Part shown: in pieces, positions 1-13,325 of the stretch
Layout of the letters: every line of letters starts with the position of its first letter
Numbering within the stretch: the stretch's first letter is position 1
Assembly (NCBI RefSeq): GCF_018350175.1
Contig: NC_058368.1
Coordinates: forward strand, 192,760,001-192,824,000
Reading direction: 5' to 3'
Length of the DNA: 64,000 nt
Source of the DNA: Felis catus
Taxonomy: Eukaryota
Notes under the pieces: model-generated
The model's input: the letters and a program-made list of their open reading frames with translations, nothing else
Databases searched by the model: none
Told to the model about the DNA's origin: nothing
Program-made: the position numbers and the translations under genes

Positions 1-24
1 GGGCCAGGGGCTAGCTACGTGTGT

Positions 25-118
25 GGTGGGAGTGGAGGGGTATATGGGAACTCTCTACTTTCAGCTTCACTTTGCAGTGAACCTAAAACTGATCTAAAAG
101 GTAAAGTCTATTAAAAAC
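25..118 (+). mobile_element. Old L1M 3' end fragment
   Basis: gggtatatgggaactctctacttt...gtgaacctaaaactg resembles mammalian-wide L1 3' termini. Confidence 0.6.
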
Positions 119-199
119 CCGAGGGTGGGGGGCAAAAGCCTAAATGTTAATAGTAATTGCCTGCAGGTGATGAGGTTACAGACGGCTCTTTCTGGACTT

Positions 200-550
200 T
201 GCATATTTTCTCCTTCACTCCTAGCCTGGGCTCATGCTGTCCTCTCAGCCTCAAATACTCTTCACCCCATACCCCAGGAAGTAGTATCTACTGATCTCTT
301 AGGATGGAGTTTAGCTAGAATTTTCTCTGGAAGTCTTTCCTGATCTTCTCTGAGCTCCACAGTACCTGGCTCTCCACCAAGGATCACACACTCCATGGTC
401 TTACAATGGTCTCTTACCTCGTCTGTCTGCCCATCTAGATGTGAGTCTTTGTGGAGAAGACTGTGTCAGCCCTGCTGTATCCCTAGCATCTAGCACAGCA
501 TCAGCAACAGTCGATTCATGAGTGTCGTTGAATATACGAAGATGAATTAA
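200..550 (+). mobile_element. L2 3' fragment
   Basis: ctagatgtgag...tgtatccctagcatctagcacag...gttgaat, a diverged L2 3' end. Confidence 0.55.
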
Positions 551-975
551 ATCAGGACAAGTAAAGGGAAAAACAAAATAAGCAGTACAAAACTCATGGC
601 GAAAGAACTGAAGCAATACAGTGGAGGTGGGGAATAGCCACCCCAACGGCGGTGGGGTCCTGGAAGCAAATGAAGGCTGAGAGAGGAACAGATGCGGATG
701 CTTAGGGGCAGGGTCAAGAGCGGTATGTTGAAATGCAGACCAGGGCAGGGCAGAATGGATTCCCTGATGTGCTCCCATGACTGGGCTGGTATAAGAGTGC
801 ATGTCAGAATTTATAAGTCCATCATGGGAAAGAGGACCTGACTCTGGCTTCACTGGTGAGGGTCTCTAGTGTGTGAGCCAGTGGGTCCAGCAGTGTCTGT
901 AATCCCCCCAGCACCACTCACTGCCAGGGACCCATCAATAGCTCTACAAACACCTGCTGAAGAATTCCTTCTAAG

Positions 976-1190
976 GGGGCGCCTGGGTGGCTCAGTTGGT
1001 TAAGCATCAGCTCGGGCTGTGATCTCTCAATAGTCAGATGGGAGCCCTGGGTCGGGCTCTGTGCTGACAGCGTGGAGCCTTCTCGGGATTCTCTCTCTCT
1101 CCCTCTTTCTCTGCCCCTTCCCAACTGGTGCACAGCCCTCTCCCTTTCTCTCTCAAAACAAACAAACAAACAAACAAACAAACAAACAAA
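976..1190 (+). mobile_element. Can-SINE with (AAAC)n tail
   Basis: ggggcgcctgggtggctcag head, (CT)n region, A-rich tail; TSD aagaattccttct/aagacttccttct. Confidence 0.92.
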
Positions 1191-2958
1191 GACTTCCTTC
1201 TCCATGTGTTTGTTTGTTCATTTACTGATAGGGACTAGAGGTGAGGAAAATACTGTCAATGAGATCATACCAACGCCTTTCATTTCTGTACCTCATCATC
1301 CCAGGTAGCCCATCATTCATCCAAGGACAATAACCCTTTCCATTACCGCATATCCTATTTTTCTGCAAAACCAACACTATTTGAAAGTGGGCAGGAAAAG
1401 GAGAAAAGGAACAGAAAAATACAAATGAACAAAAAGGCCTCTGTCGTGTCTCCTAATAAAAAATCTGCCATCCGGGCAGTGCCGTCTGGAGGCAGGTCTG
1501 CCCCCCTCCGCCCTCGTCTTTCTCTCCCACTCGTGCAAAAGCATCTCTGTGTCCTCTTAATCCTCAAGCAAAGCTCACACATTTGAAGAGCTTTTGGACA
1601 CCCCTGGAAAACTGCAGTGCTCTATCTGTAGGCAAGGCCGGGATTATTGTGAGGCCGGCACCAGCCTCCAGTCTTGTCCCCGGTGCTGCCTGCACAGAGC
1701 TCTGGTTCTCATTTCAAGCATTCATCTGCTCCAATTTTGTCTCCTACCCGAGGTCTCAACCCTTAGCTGAATTACAATTAGTTGCCCTGAGGATCCTGGA
1801 GGAGACTCATTTCAGAGGAAGACGCCTTCTGCTGGGCAGCACCAATCTCGCCCGTTGTTAGCATCTATGAATTTCAACGCTGAGAACTGCCTCTGCTCAC
1901 GTGGCCCAGAGAAATCTGTCTTTCGTGATGGCCCACATTTGCCGTACTTTGGACAGGCCTCTCCATAGTTCTGAAATTGCTTCTCCCAAATCTCATTTTT
2001 AAAACAATCACTGCTGAGTAAGTTTTCTTCCAAAGCTGCCTTAAGAATTTCTTCTCAGAACACGAATGATGATTACCTTTCTGAAAAATGCAGGTTGCAA
2101 AATCTGACAGCTAATGTGTAGGACTGAGGGGCCTGAGGTAAGAGTTCTCTGGGGTGCACGCTTGATTCACTGAGACAAAGGGGCAACACTCAGGGGCCTT
2201 AGTTCTCATTCTCATCTGTGAAATGGGATAGTATCTGTTCTCTTCCCTATCGTATTAGGGTCTGGCAACGGCACCACACAGGATCCATAATTTTGCTCTC
2301 TGGAGAAAGAGATGCACTTGGAAAATGTCATTCTTACGAAATTTACCTCTTTCTCAAGACTGTCACATTCTTTTATTATTGGAGGGTGGGTGTGTCATGT
2401 TATTTTTATCACCAAGTACAACACTGAAGAAACTGGGATATTAGAGGTGCAAACCATCGTAAGTCTAGGACTGGATGTGCTTGATAATGAGCTCTTTTTA
2501 GCAACAACTCTGCTCTTTAATACGCTGGAAAAGTAATTTATTGAGAAGTGGCCTTGGGGAAAGAAAAGAGTAAAATGCACTTCTGCAGATGTGTTTCATA
2601 AACAGCTGAGCTGAGGAGGCACAGGCCTCACTGGGAGCCCCAAGACGGGACTGTTGTCCCGTCTGCAACCACCAGCCGGGTGCTCTAGGTAAGCCCTCCC
2701 CCTGCTCTCGGCCTCGGGTTTCCCGTCTATAAAATGAGCAGGCTCAGTTGTATCTGTGGTCATTATGCACTTTTAAGCAGTGCAGCTCCTCTTACTGAAC
2801 ACCTTTTCGGGAACCAAATATAAACCATGCCGAGAGAGGGATCTGCACCCCACCTGCACCTGCACATACTGCCCACGGTGCTCCCCGAGGCACCACTGTG
2901 CCCTTAGTGCTCTGAGACGCACAGTGAAAGCCAGTAGCCTAGATGGTCTTAAAATTCG

Positions 2959-3170
2959 GGGGCACCTGGGTGGCTCAGTCGGTTAAGCACCCAACTTCGC
3001 TCAGGTCATGATCTCACAGTTCGTGGGTTCGAGCCCCGTGTCAGGCTCTGTGCTGACAGCTCAGAGCCTGGAGCCTGCTTCGGATTTTGTGTCTCCCTCT
3101 CTCTGCCCCTCACCCACTCACATTCTGTCTGTCTCTCTCTCAAAAATAAACAAACATTAAAAAAAATAAA
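2959..3170 (+). mobile_element. Can-SINE (SINEC_Fc-like)
   Basis: Full head with A/B boxes, body and poly(A); short TSD aaaattc. Confidence 0.93.
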
Positions 3171-4575
3171 AAAATTCTTTCTAGCTGTTCAAGGAGAAAC
3201 GCTCGCTTCTAATCCAGCTGATGTTTGGTTTATTCTCCCTCTGGAAGACTAATGTCCTCGAGAGGGAGCCTGCCAAGTGCTGTGGGTCTACCCCCAGGAC
3301 AGCTGATGCTTCAGAAAACAGGTGACAGGTTCCCGAGGCGGAGCACAAAGACACAAGGCTAGCACCAGTCACAGAAGGAACGTCTGTGTCTTCCACAGCC
3401 ACCTCTGTCTCCGTGGCTGAAGACGACCCTGCTACTAATGTGGCTTTGTGTGGTGGGGGTGTAGCTGCCATGCATTTCCTTCCTTCCTCCCTCCTGGTTC
3501 ATTCATTCACTAATTCGCAAACAGTTCTGAATCACCTGCTCTAGACCGCAAATGATCTAGTGACCTAGTGAGCAGGACTGACAACAAACAGGTCAACAAG
3601 TAGCCGTGCAACTATGCATGGAGAAGAGTGAATGGTGGTGGGGGTGGGGCACCTAACTGAAGAGGGTGTGAGAGTAGCCGCTCATGGGAAGGGCTGGGAA
3701 GAGGGTGTCCAGGCAGAGGGAACAGCATGAGTAGATACCAAGGCAGGACAGAACTTGGCCCGCCCCATGAGAGAGGGCCCAGCTGGGGCTGGTACACAGA
3801 CGGCGAGAGTGAGTTGAGTATCACCCTTACTGCCTTATCACACCCTACTTACTTTCCCTCAGGAAAGACCACGTCAGTGAGCCCACTCAGAGCAGGCAAG
3901 TATCTCAGTCTTCTCCTCTGCAAAATGGGCTCGTTCAACACCTTCTCTAATGCACTTCTCCCTTTCCTACATCTACTCAAGAGGCCCCAAATCAAAACAT
4001 TCATATTTCCAGCCACCCCGGCAGAGAGGGATGCCTGGATGTCAGAGTTCTGACCAAAAATCTTTCCCTGGGGGGTGGGGGGGGGGGAGATTTTCCTGAA
4101 TAAGAAGGCAAAATCTTGGGAAAAAAAAAAAGGAGGCTTTGTTCTCTTTGCCCTTTCTGCTGCTTCTTGTCTGAAAGGCAGACTTTCCAGAGGTATAGCA
4201 GCAATTCTGCGACCATGAGGATGAGGAAGCAGGCACAGAGAAGTCTGGTTCTTTGATGACAGTCTGAGGCAGCTGTATCAATTCTGGGTCTTATTATGAA
4301 ATTAATGAATGAATGAACCCCTTTTGTGCCTAAGTTTATCAAGTTTTCTGGTATTTGCACTCCAGTACACTTCTACATTACTACAAACAGGATAAAAACA
4401 GAACCTACTTCTGTTGTGAGATACTGTATACAGGGCCTCGGTCATGGCCAGGCACAGAGCAAGCATCAGTGAACGGTGGCCCAGACATTCCTGCTGCTGA
4501 AGAAAACCGGCCACCCCTTTGGCCAGTCACTCGATGGAGCGTGGGGGGCAGGAAGATGGGCGGGGTGGGCCCTAC

Positions 4576-4742
4576 CTCGATCACTGAAGTCATCAACCAG
4601 CACGATCTCGGCGATCAGCTCCGGGGGCGAGCGGTTCAGCACGCTGTGGACGGTGCGGAGGAGGGAGGACCAGCCCTCGTTGTGGAAGGGGATGATGATG
4701 CTGGTGTTGGGGAGTGTCTCCAGGTAGCGCTTGCTGTTGCAG
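4576..4742 (-). CDS. GALNT10: GALNT10 coding exon 4 (167 bp; start of GT-A catalytic domain)
   Basis: cccctctag|CTGCAACAGC...GATCGAG|gtaggg; translates to (N)[55 protein letters not shown](E), the classic ppGalNAc-T S.IIPFHNE...LLRTVHSV...EI.LVDD.S motif. Contained in ORF 4466..4831. Confidence 0.97.
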
Positions 4743-5339
4743 CTAGAGGGAGACACAGGGGACAAGCAGAGGTCAGATTCAGCTCTCCTCTCGCCAACAG
4801 AACTCAACAATTGGCTAACTGCAAAGCCCACTCCTTTCCAGCCTTTAGGGAATGAGTGAGAGCCAGGGATACCTCAGTCACTTCAGAACCTCCTTCCACC
4901 TAGCATCCTGAAGCCTGGCCTCCAGTTCCTGCACACACAGTACACAGGTATATGTATGCAAGAGCCCCCTGACTCTGTAGGAGAGCAGTTACAAACCAAA
5001 GCCAGCCAGCGCTGAGGGAGCAACATGGGGTCTGGCGCTCTCCATGTGCTAACTTGTTTAAGCCTCAACAGCCACAGGAAGGTAGCTACCCATCCTCAGG
5101 ATTCCCAGTGGAAGACAGAGCTTCAGTCCAACTCTGGCCTCTCTCCCTACCCCTTGCACATTCCTCACCAGTGGAGGAGAAACCATTTATCCATGAGTTT
5201 GGAAGAACGGACTCAGCTTCACTGGCTCGGTCCCCTCTGCTCTCCCTCCCTGGGCTCTGCTTGCACGTTTTCTCCTCTGCTCTCCATCAGGCACATGGTC
5301 AGCTTGGGGTGGGAGGCTGTGCCCTGTGGGCCTTTAATA

Positions 5340-6460
5340 TCACTGTAACACCCCCAAAGAATCAACACAGTTCCTTAGTATCATCAAATATCTAGTTGGT
5401 GCTCAAGTTTCCCTGCTCTTCTTATGTCTTTTTACAGTTGCTTAAATCAGGATCAAGACCACATGCTGCCTTCAGCTGATGTGTCTTCTAAGTCTCTTTT
5501 TTTCTTTACAATGTACTTGTTGAAGTAACTGGGTCCTTTGCCCTACTGGATTTCCTACAGTCTGCATTTTGCTGCTTGGGTTGCTGTGGTGTCTCTGAAC
5601 ATGTTCCTCTGTCCACTCTTCCTTGGTTCCAGTACTTTGGTGGTTAGATCTAGAGACGTGACCTACTTTGATGAGATATTCTGGCAACCTCTTCCTAGTG
5701 GTATGAGCATCCCAAAGGAAAAACATACTGTCCAGTTATCTTTCCTTTTGTGATGTTGGTGGCCACCGATGACCAATGTCTAAATCCTTCATTTCACTGG
5801 AGGTTTTTAAAATGGTGATACTCTTATTCTATCATTCTTGGTTTTCTAGCAGGGATACTACAATGAAGAAAAATGACCACATCAACAATTTGTTTACCCC
5901 GAAGTACATGAAAGACATGATACATTCTTGATTATCAGTTTTTAGAATGACTCGACTCCCCAGCATCTTCCAAAGACAGCCAATTATCTGTTTTCATTAG
6001 GAGGTCATAAATGTTAACATAATATGTTTCAGTTCACTGCAAATATTATTCTTTCTGGTTCCCAAATAAAACCATCATTAGCCCAAGAGAGTCTCCTCAA
6101 GTTGGCTCCTAGTCCTTTGGATATGACCCCAGAGTACTGATAACTTCCTTGCTTTCTGATAAAGATTATAAAAGATGCTCCAGGCTTAACTTGTACATTT
6201 TCTGCCCTCACCTGGATCAGTCATTCTGCCAAGGAACCCTGGCTCCTGATTATCATCGATATCACCATTTGGATCCTGCAATACGGACACTAAGGGCCTT
6301 CATTAACTACTAGGTTGGTTATTGTTTCTACGCCTTTACACTGGTCAGAGTCAAAAATATATCTTAGTAGATTCATCATGAGTTCATGCTAAAGTTTTAT
6401 ATTTAATATACAAGACTATGCAGTTTTACTTAAGCTTAATCTTATATATTGAATCTCCTT
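5340..6460 (-). mobile_element. Old L1 (L1MC/ME-like) 3' region
   Basis: Diverged resemblance to L1MC-type 3' UTR; boundaries approximate. Confidence 0.5.
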
Positions 6461-7282
6461 TTTAATTGAGATATAATTCACATACCATAAAACTCAACAT
6501 AAAATTCACCCTTTTGAAGTGTCTAATTCAGTACTTTTTAACATACTTCACCAAGTTGTACAACCATCACCACTATCTAAGTCCAGAACATTTCTATCAC
6601 CCCCAAAATAAACTTCATATTCATTAGCAGTCACTAACCATTCTCCCCTCCCCTCAGGCTTAGTAACCACTAGCTTGTTTTCTGTTTCCATGGGTTTTCC
6701 TATCCTGGACATTTTATGCAAATAGAATCATATATTATGTGGTCTTTTGTGCCTGGCTTCTTTCACTGAACATGTCTTCAAGGTTCATCCATGTTTAGCA
6801 TGGATTGATACTTCATTCTTTTTATGGCTGAATAACATTTCACTGCATGGATATACCATATTTCATCTATGTATTCATCAACTGACTGAAATTTGAGTTG
6901 ACTGATACTTGGCTATACGAATAACACTGGCATGAACACTCATGTACAAGTTTTTGTGTAGACATGTTTTCAGGTCTCTTGGGTATATACCAAGGAGTAG
7001 AATTGCTGGGCCATAAGGTAACTCCACGTTGAACTCTTCGAGGAACTGCCAAAATGTTTTCCAAAGTGGCAAGAACATTTTACATTCCCACCAGCAACCT
7101 ATGAGGGTTACAATTTCTCCACTTTTGTTATTGTCCATCTTTTTGATTATAGCCATCCTCATGGGTGTGAAGTGTTATCTTATTTTGGTTTGATTTGCAT
7201 TTTCCTAATGACTAATGGTGTTGAGTATATTTTCATATACTTACTTGGCCATTTGTTTACCTTCTTTGGAGAAATGTCTACT
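6460..7282 (-). mobile_element. L1MA/MB-like 3' end with ORF2 C-terminal remnant
   Basis: ORF 6878..7162 (WWECK...LWKT.WQFL...ELPY.PAI.LLGIYP) is L1 ORF2p C-terminal sequence, followed by typical 3' UTR. Confidence 0.88.
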
Positions 7283-7284
7283 AG

Positions 7285-7808
7285 GAATATATTACCTTAT
7301 GTGGCAAAAGGGACTTTGCAGATGTGGTTAAGGTTAAGAACCTTGAGATGACTTTGAGGACCCTGGATTACCCAAGGGGGTCCAATGTAACCACGAGTGT
7401 CCTTAAAGGTAGAGAACCTTTCTGGTTGGGTTGGAGAGATGAGAAGGATGGGGCAAAGAATGGAACTGTGAGAAGGACTCAATTCACCACTGCTGGCTTT
7501 GAAGACTGAAGGAGGGGCTCATAAGCTACGGAAGGTAAGCAGCCTTTAGAAGGTGGAAACATTCCTCGGCTGATAGCCAGCAAGATAACGGGGTCTCAAT
7601 CTTCATAACTAAAGTCTGCCAACAACCCAGATAAGCAAGATTCCCCCAGAACCCCCAGGAGGGAACGCAGCCTGGCCACCACCTTGATTTTCACCCAAGG
7701 AGCCCTATGTTGGACTTCGGACTTGCAGAACTGTAAGAATAACTTTGCGTTGTTTAAACTCCTACGTTTATGGTCATCTGCCATGACAACTACAGAAAAC
7801 TCATACAC
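7285..7808 (+). mobile_element. MaLR solo LTR (MLT1D-like)
   Basis: ggcaaaagggactttgcagatgtggttaag...ggattaccc...cagaactgtaagaataa...gaaaactcataca. Confidence 0.85.
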
Positions 7809-9329
7809 AAGAGTCATCTTTGATACCCAGTCTGTAAACATTATTTGGAAACACTTAAAATGTAGAAGATCTCACAAAAAATCCTCATGAGTCTCATGTG
7901 GCAGCAGTGGGCTGGAGTTGACAGTGGACACCCCTCTCTATGGGGCAGGTGCTCCCAGGGCCCCCTCAGCTCCTGCTACTCCCCACAACCTTACACCAGA
8001 GCTGCGTCAGTCCCTTGCATTGCCTCCAGGACCCCTGGAGACCTTTGAAGTTGATAGCCCAGAAGTAAAAGAGGGAGCTCCACAAGGTTGGTAAGAAGTT
8101 TTTTGGAGAAAATATGTGACAACTGGGGCAAGAAACGTAACAACAAAATGTCTCCTTTCCTATGCCACTGAATCAACTGTCCAAAGGCACCTGGGTCTCT
8201 CTGTAACTTACTTTGAAACATCTCAAAAAGGAAAATAGATTGACGGATGGAGAGAGGGATGGCCAGATATATGATAAAGTCAGTAGAGGAATACTAACTG
8301 CAGAATCTAGATGGTGCACATGAGCGCTCAATGTGCAAGTCTTTCAGAGCTTTTCTGTAGGTTTGATAATTTCCAGAAAGAAATGTTAGGGGGAAAATGG
8401 GTCAGGGTCACAGTCCCCTTAGTTTCAGATTCTGCCTTTGCTGGAGGCACCAAGGAAGCTGGGCGGGGGAGAGTAGGATTGAACCCCTGGTGTCTGGCAG
8501 TGAGGTCAGTTCCAGCTGTGTGGACAGGACCCCCCCTAATTCTGCTGGTCCAGTTCTGCTGGACAAGTCGGTCTCTTTCCCCTTGGGACCTCGGGACTTC
8601 CTTCACATGCCATCTTGCTCCTCCATCTGGCTGGGTTGTTTTTATCCAGGCCTCACGCAGCTCCCCTCGGGCCCTTCCCCCACCTCTAATCCCTTTGGTT
8701 ATGTCAGCCAGCTTTCTCTGGGAGCAGTCTCTAACTTCATTTCGTTGGCTTTCACAAATAAAGCACCTCTTCTTAAAAATCCCTTTCCCTCAACTCGGCT
8801 GGGTCCTCTGTGGCCAAGAAAAGACAGGCGATATCTAATTTGCTACAAAAGTTCCTGCCTTCCATCCAATTTCACAGGAGGCCTGTTGGATTGAAGCAGG
8901 GTTGGGGGCGGTTGGTGGTAATAAGTTGCCTGGAGTCCACGGGGTGAAACACAATAGAGCTATTACCCCGTAGAGAGTCCTGGCTCTCTCAAATCCCAGG
9001 CTGGGCCCCACAGCCTGCCAGTAGACACGCAAACACCAGCATATATTAAGGGCAGTAGGTAATGCTACGATTGACTAAATTTATTTCTAATTTAATTTAA
9101 TCATGGAACTAAAGACTATTCAGAACTCAAATGAAAGGCTCAGCTTAGATCATAGCCTGGAACATGTACCTTTGTTAGGGGGCCTGGGGGCTACTCTTTT
9201 TCTCCCTCCTCTATCCATCCACTCATTTAGTGACTAAATAAACACCCAACGACACTTGACTTTTGCCATGGGCACTAGTCATTAGTTTGGTTCCAGCTTA
9301 GTAGAGGCTCTTTGTTTAAATAAAAAATT

Positions 9330-10007
9330 GTGTGTGGGAATGCAAGCTGGTGCAGCCACTCTGGAAAACAGTATGGAGGTTCCTCAAAAAACTAAAAATG
9401 GAACTACCCTACGACCCAGCAATTGCACTACTAGCCATCTATCCACGGGATACAGGTGTGCTGTTTCGAAGGGACACATGCACCCCCATGTTTATAGCAG
9501 CACTACCAACAATAGCCAAAGTATGGAAAGAGCCCAAATGTCCATCGATGGATGAATGGATAAAGAAGATGTGGGATATATATATATACAATGGAGTATT
9601 ACTCGGCAATCAAAAAATCTTGTCATTTGCAACTATGTGGATGGAACTGGAGGGTATCATGCTAAGTGAAATTAGTCAGAGAAAGACAAATATCATATGA
9701 CTTCACTCATATGAGGACTTTAAGAGACAAAACAGATGAATATAAGGGAAGGGAAACAAAAATAATATAAAAACAGGGAGGGAGACAAAACAGAAGACTC
9801 ATAAATATGAAGAACAAACTGAGGGTTATGGGAGGAGTGGTAGGAGGGGGGATGGGCTAAATGGGTTAAGGGGCATTAAGGAATCTACTCCTGAAATCAT
9901 TGTTGCACTATATGCTAACTAATTTGGATGTAAGTTTAAAAAAATAAAAAATAAAACAAGTTAATAAAAAAAATATATAGGTAAAAAATAAAAAAATTAA
10001 AAAAAAA
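9330..10007 (+). mobile_element. Young 5'-truncated carnivore/felid L1 (ORF2 C-terminus, 3' UTR, poly(A))
   Basis: ORF 9332..9700 is a little-decayed L1 ORF2p end; A-rich tail; TSD-like aaaaaattgtgtg/aaaaaagtgtgtg. Confidence 0.95.
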
Positions 10008-10643
10008 GTGTGTGACATGTGGAATGAATCTCTCCAGTATCCAGCAAGAAACTTGGTTCCACAGACCTACCCAACAGCCACCTTCCTGTTGGGCGTTCAT
10101 GCAAACAGCCCCTTCTCTCCTCTTCTTATCAGGCCTCAGATCACAGCAGCAAGAGGAGGCCTGGGGATGGTGGGGAGGAAAGAGAAGGCCACTCCGTCCC
10201 CAGTGACACCCCCGTCTTAGCAGCCCTCTTTAAGACCTGTCTGCATGTTGTGTCTTGAGGGTTCAACACTGGGTGATGGGGTGTGCCCCGTTCTTTGGTG
10301 CGTGATAAACACGAAGCATCCCTTTGCCAAGTTCCTTCAGAAAGCAGCCAGAGAATGTGGTCTTCGGGAAGGGAAACTAGGGCACTGCTCCCAGTGCGAG
10401 GAGGCTGGGCTGGGCTATGACCACACAATAACAACTCTGCCTCCCCCCAGTTCATTGTGCCTGATGGTTTACAGAGCACTCTTCCTTCTCTCTCCTCTAA
10501 TCTATATGCTAGATATATAGCATATCTGGGGTACCAACCCCAGGAAGGGAGAAGAACCAGAGTGCTGATCCCATTTTCCACATAAGGAAAATAGGGCCCA
10601 CACTGGTAAGTGACTTGGATCCAGGACTCATATCTAGATAGCA

Positions 10644-10681
10644 TTTATTTATTTACTTAATTTTTTAAATGTTTATTTATT

Positions 10682-10736
<55 letters not shown>

Positions 10737-10900
10737 ACAAGCAGGGGAGGGGCAGAGAGAGAGGGAGACACAGAATTGGAAGCAGTCTCCAGGCTCTGAG
10801 CTATCAGCACAGAGCCCAAAGTGGGCTCGAACTCACAAACTGTGAGATGGAGACCTGAGCCGATGTAGATGCTTAACCGACTGAGCCACCCAGACGCCCC
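10644..10900 (-). mobile_element. Can-SINE with long (GA)n
   Basis: Reverse-complement SINE ending cagacgcccc; TSD ctagatagcat/ctagatagtat. Confidence 0.93.
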
Positions 10901-10921
10901 TAGATAGTATGTATATAAAAT

Positions 10922-11662
10922 ACTGCTTCTTTTAGCTGTTGTGACAGGTGTCACGTGATTTCTCATTGTGGTTTTAATGTGCGTTTCCCCGATGATTATT
11001 GAATGGCTAAAAGAAAACATAAGAAATAAGGGCTGGTGAGGATGTGGAGAAAAAGGAACACTTGTGCACTGTTGGTAGGAATGCAAACTGATGCAGCCAC
11101 TTGGAAAATAGTATGGAGGTTCCTCAAAAAATTAAAAATAGAAATACCATATGATCCAGTAATTCCACTACTATTTCCCCAAAGAAAACAAAACCTAATT
11201 CAAAAAGATACATGCACCCCTATGTTTACTGCAGCATTATTTACAATAGCCAAACATGGAAGCAGTCCAAGTGCCCATCGATAAACAATGGAATATTACT
11301 CAGCCATAACAAAGAATTAAATCTTGCCATTTGCAATGACAGGGATGGAGCTAGAGGGTATGATGCTAAGTGAAAGCACTCAAGAAAGACAGATATCATA
11401 CGACGTCACTCAGTGTGGAATTTAAGAAGCAAAACAAATGAACAAAGATAAAAAGAGACAAACAGAAGAATAGATTCTTTCACTACAGAGAACAGATGGG
11501 TGGTTACCAGGGAGGAGGTGGGTGGGGGGGTGGGTGAAATAGGTAAAGGGGATTAAGAGTACACTTATGAGCACTGGGTTACATAGAGAATCATTAAAAT
11601 CATTACATTGTACACCTGAAACTAATGTAACGTTGTATGTTAATTATACTTGAATAAAAACA
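10922..11662 (+). mobile_element. L1 3' fragment with inverted 5' segment
   Basis: About 10922-11000 is antisense L1 ORF2. About 11001-11660 is sense ORF2 C-terminus (ORF 11036..11284) plus 3' UTR ending aataaaaa. Confidence 0.85.
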
Positions 11663-12359
11663 TACCACAATGTTTTTCTTGATGACAAAAGTGATAAGGA
11701 TAAAAGTCTAAAAAACACAGAAAGGCTAACAACCAACTGGTAACCACAGGAACACCCTAACACCTGGGGCTGACCTCTGCTAAACATTTAGGGAATGTCT
11801 TCCTTTGCGCTCTTCTCTGAACGTGTATTTGTTCCTATGACATGACACATGGCAAACCCATTTGATAGCGTCCAAGTCTCTGTGGGCTCCCAGTGCAGCG
11901 TGGCCTCTGAGGTTCTTGGAAGAGCCCCTCTAGGGGCAGAAAAGAGCAGAGTAGTGCCCTTGTAGGGAGTCAAAGCAGTGACACCATGTAACTTCCAGCA
12001 CATCAATCTTGATGCCCCTTGCCTCAATATTTCTGGCCCCCAATGGCACCATAAAAGGGGCACTGTGGAGTTTCAGACCTTTAACCAAATCAAGTGAAAA
12101 ACAGTCCATCCCTTGCACAGGCACGTCCATCACCACCTGGTTCACAATCTGATGAGGTCCCAACCCAACAGGGCAAAGTTTAGTTACACGTGCACAGCAG
12201 AAGGACAAAGGGGCATGGCCTGGGGTGCTCCCTGACCCACTCTGAAACGTGAAAAGAAGAGAAACAAAGTGACAGTCCATCTAGAGGGAAAGATTAAATA
12301 AACGGTGAATACTTCAAACTATGGAATACTGATAAGCAGTTAAAAATAAAGTGGAAGAT

Positions 12360-12600
12360 GATAATGATGATAACAGAAAATATCTATTAAGGATTTCCAT
12401 TATGCCAGGCAATGTTCTAAGCACTTTATATGCAGAAAGTAATTTTATTTAATTGTCACAATGCTCTTTCAAGGTAGAGACTATCATTACTCCCTTATAA
12501 AGAGGAGGAAACCAGACACAGAGAAACCAAGTAACTTGCCTAAGGGTCAAACAGCCGGTAAGGGCTACAGCCTGATTTAAACCCATCTGCCCTTTACACA
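12360..12600 (-). mobile_element. MIR
   Basis: tgccaggcaatgttctaagcacttta...gaggaaacc...aagtaacttgcctaagggtca MIR core. Confidence 0.75.
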
Positions 12601-12799
12601 TATTAGTAGTTTTACACAGATAATGTAGCAACGATATTAATTATACAAGCCAAAAGAAGAATGAAGACATAAAAGACAAAAATTGAGGGAGTAGGAGTCT
12701 GATGCCCTGGCTTCTAATTTCTGCTCTGCATGCAACAATCCAAGCCCCCTCTTCTTGCTGGACCTTAGGTCCCCCTCATGCCAATAGGAAACTGCATAG

Positions 12800-13325
12800 A
12801 TGCAGTGGGCAAGACCTAGGTGCCTGCTCTGTATTCTTTCTCCTTCTTTGGTAGTAGCATCCTGATTTTCCTTGAGGAATCTTCCACCTCTCAACTCTAC
12901 AGGGTTCAGGGGGAGGTCCTTGTTGCCTTGAGGCTGGGCGAGGGAGTCTGGCTTAGCCAATCAGAACACTGCATCTTCCCAACCACAGTGACAGTTCAGG
13001 AAGAGGCCACCTATAAATCAGAGTAGATCTTTGCTGAGATAACCAGGAGAGAGAGAGGCTCTTTTGTGCTGAAACTGAACACGGGAGGATATAAATCTGG
13101 TCTGCCTGGGGCCACCATGTGTGTTCCCTTTCTTAAACTGAATTCAACAGAATGGAAAACAGAGCCAAGAGTTGGAGAGAGGTTCCTACTGGCATCATTT
13201 AGGGATTCGGATCCAGCTAGAGATGAAGCCAAGCTCTGCTCCTGGTCTTTCTAGTTACGTGAGTCAATACATTTTCTTAAGTCTGAGATGGGTCTCTGTC
13301 ACTCATCACTAAAAGAATCCTTGCT
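12800..13325. mobile_element. Old MaLR LTR (MLT1J/K-like)
   Basis: cctgattttcctt...ttagccaatcaga...gtgagtcaatacatt...tctgtcact; approximate. Confidence 0.55.

Noticed and set aside
4466..4831. 121-aa ORF as a stand-alone gene
   Set aside because: Only 4576-4742 is GALNT-like and bounded by AG/GT; the flanks are intronic read-through.
4355..4855. 166-aa plus-strand ORF over exon 4
   Set aside because: Antisense shadow of a GC3-rich coding exon.
9332..9700. L1 ORF2-like ORF as a functional gene (also 6878-7162, 11036-11284)
   Set aside because: 5'-truncated L1 remnants lacking promoter, endonuclease and RT domains.
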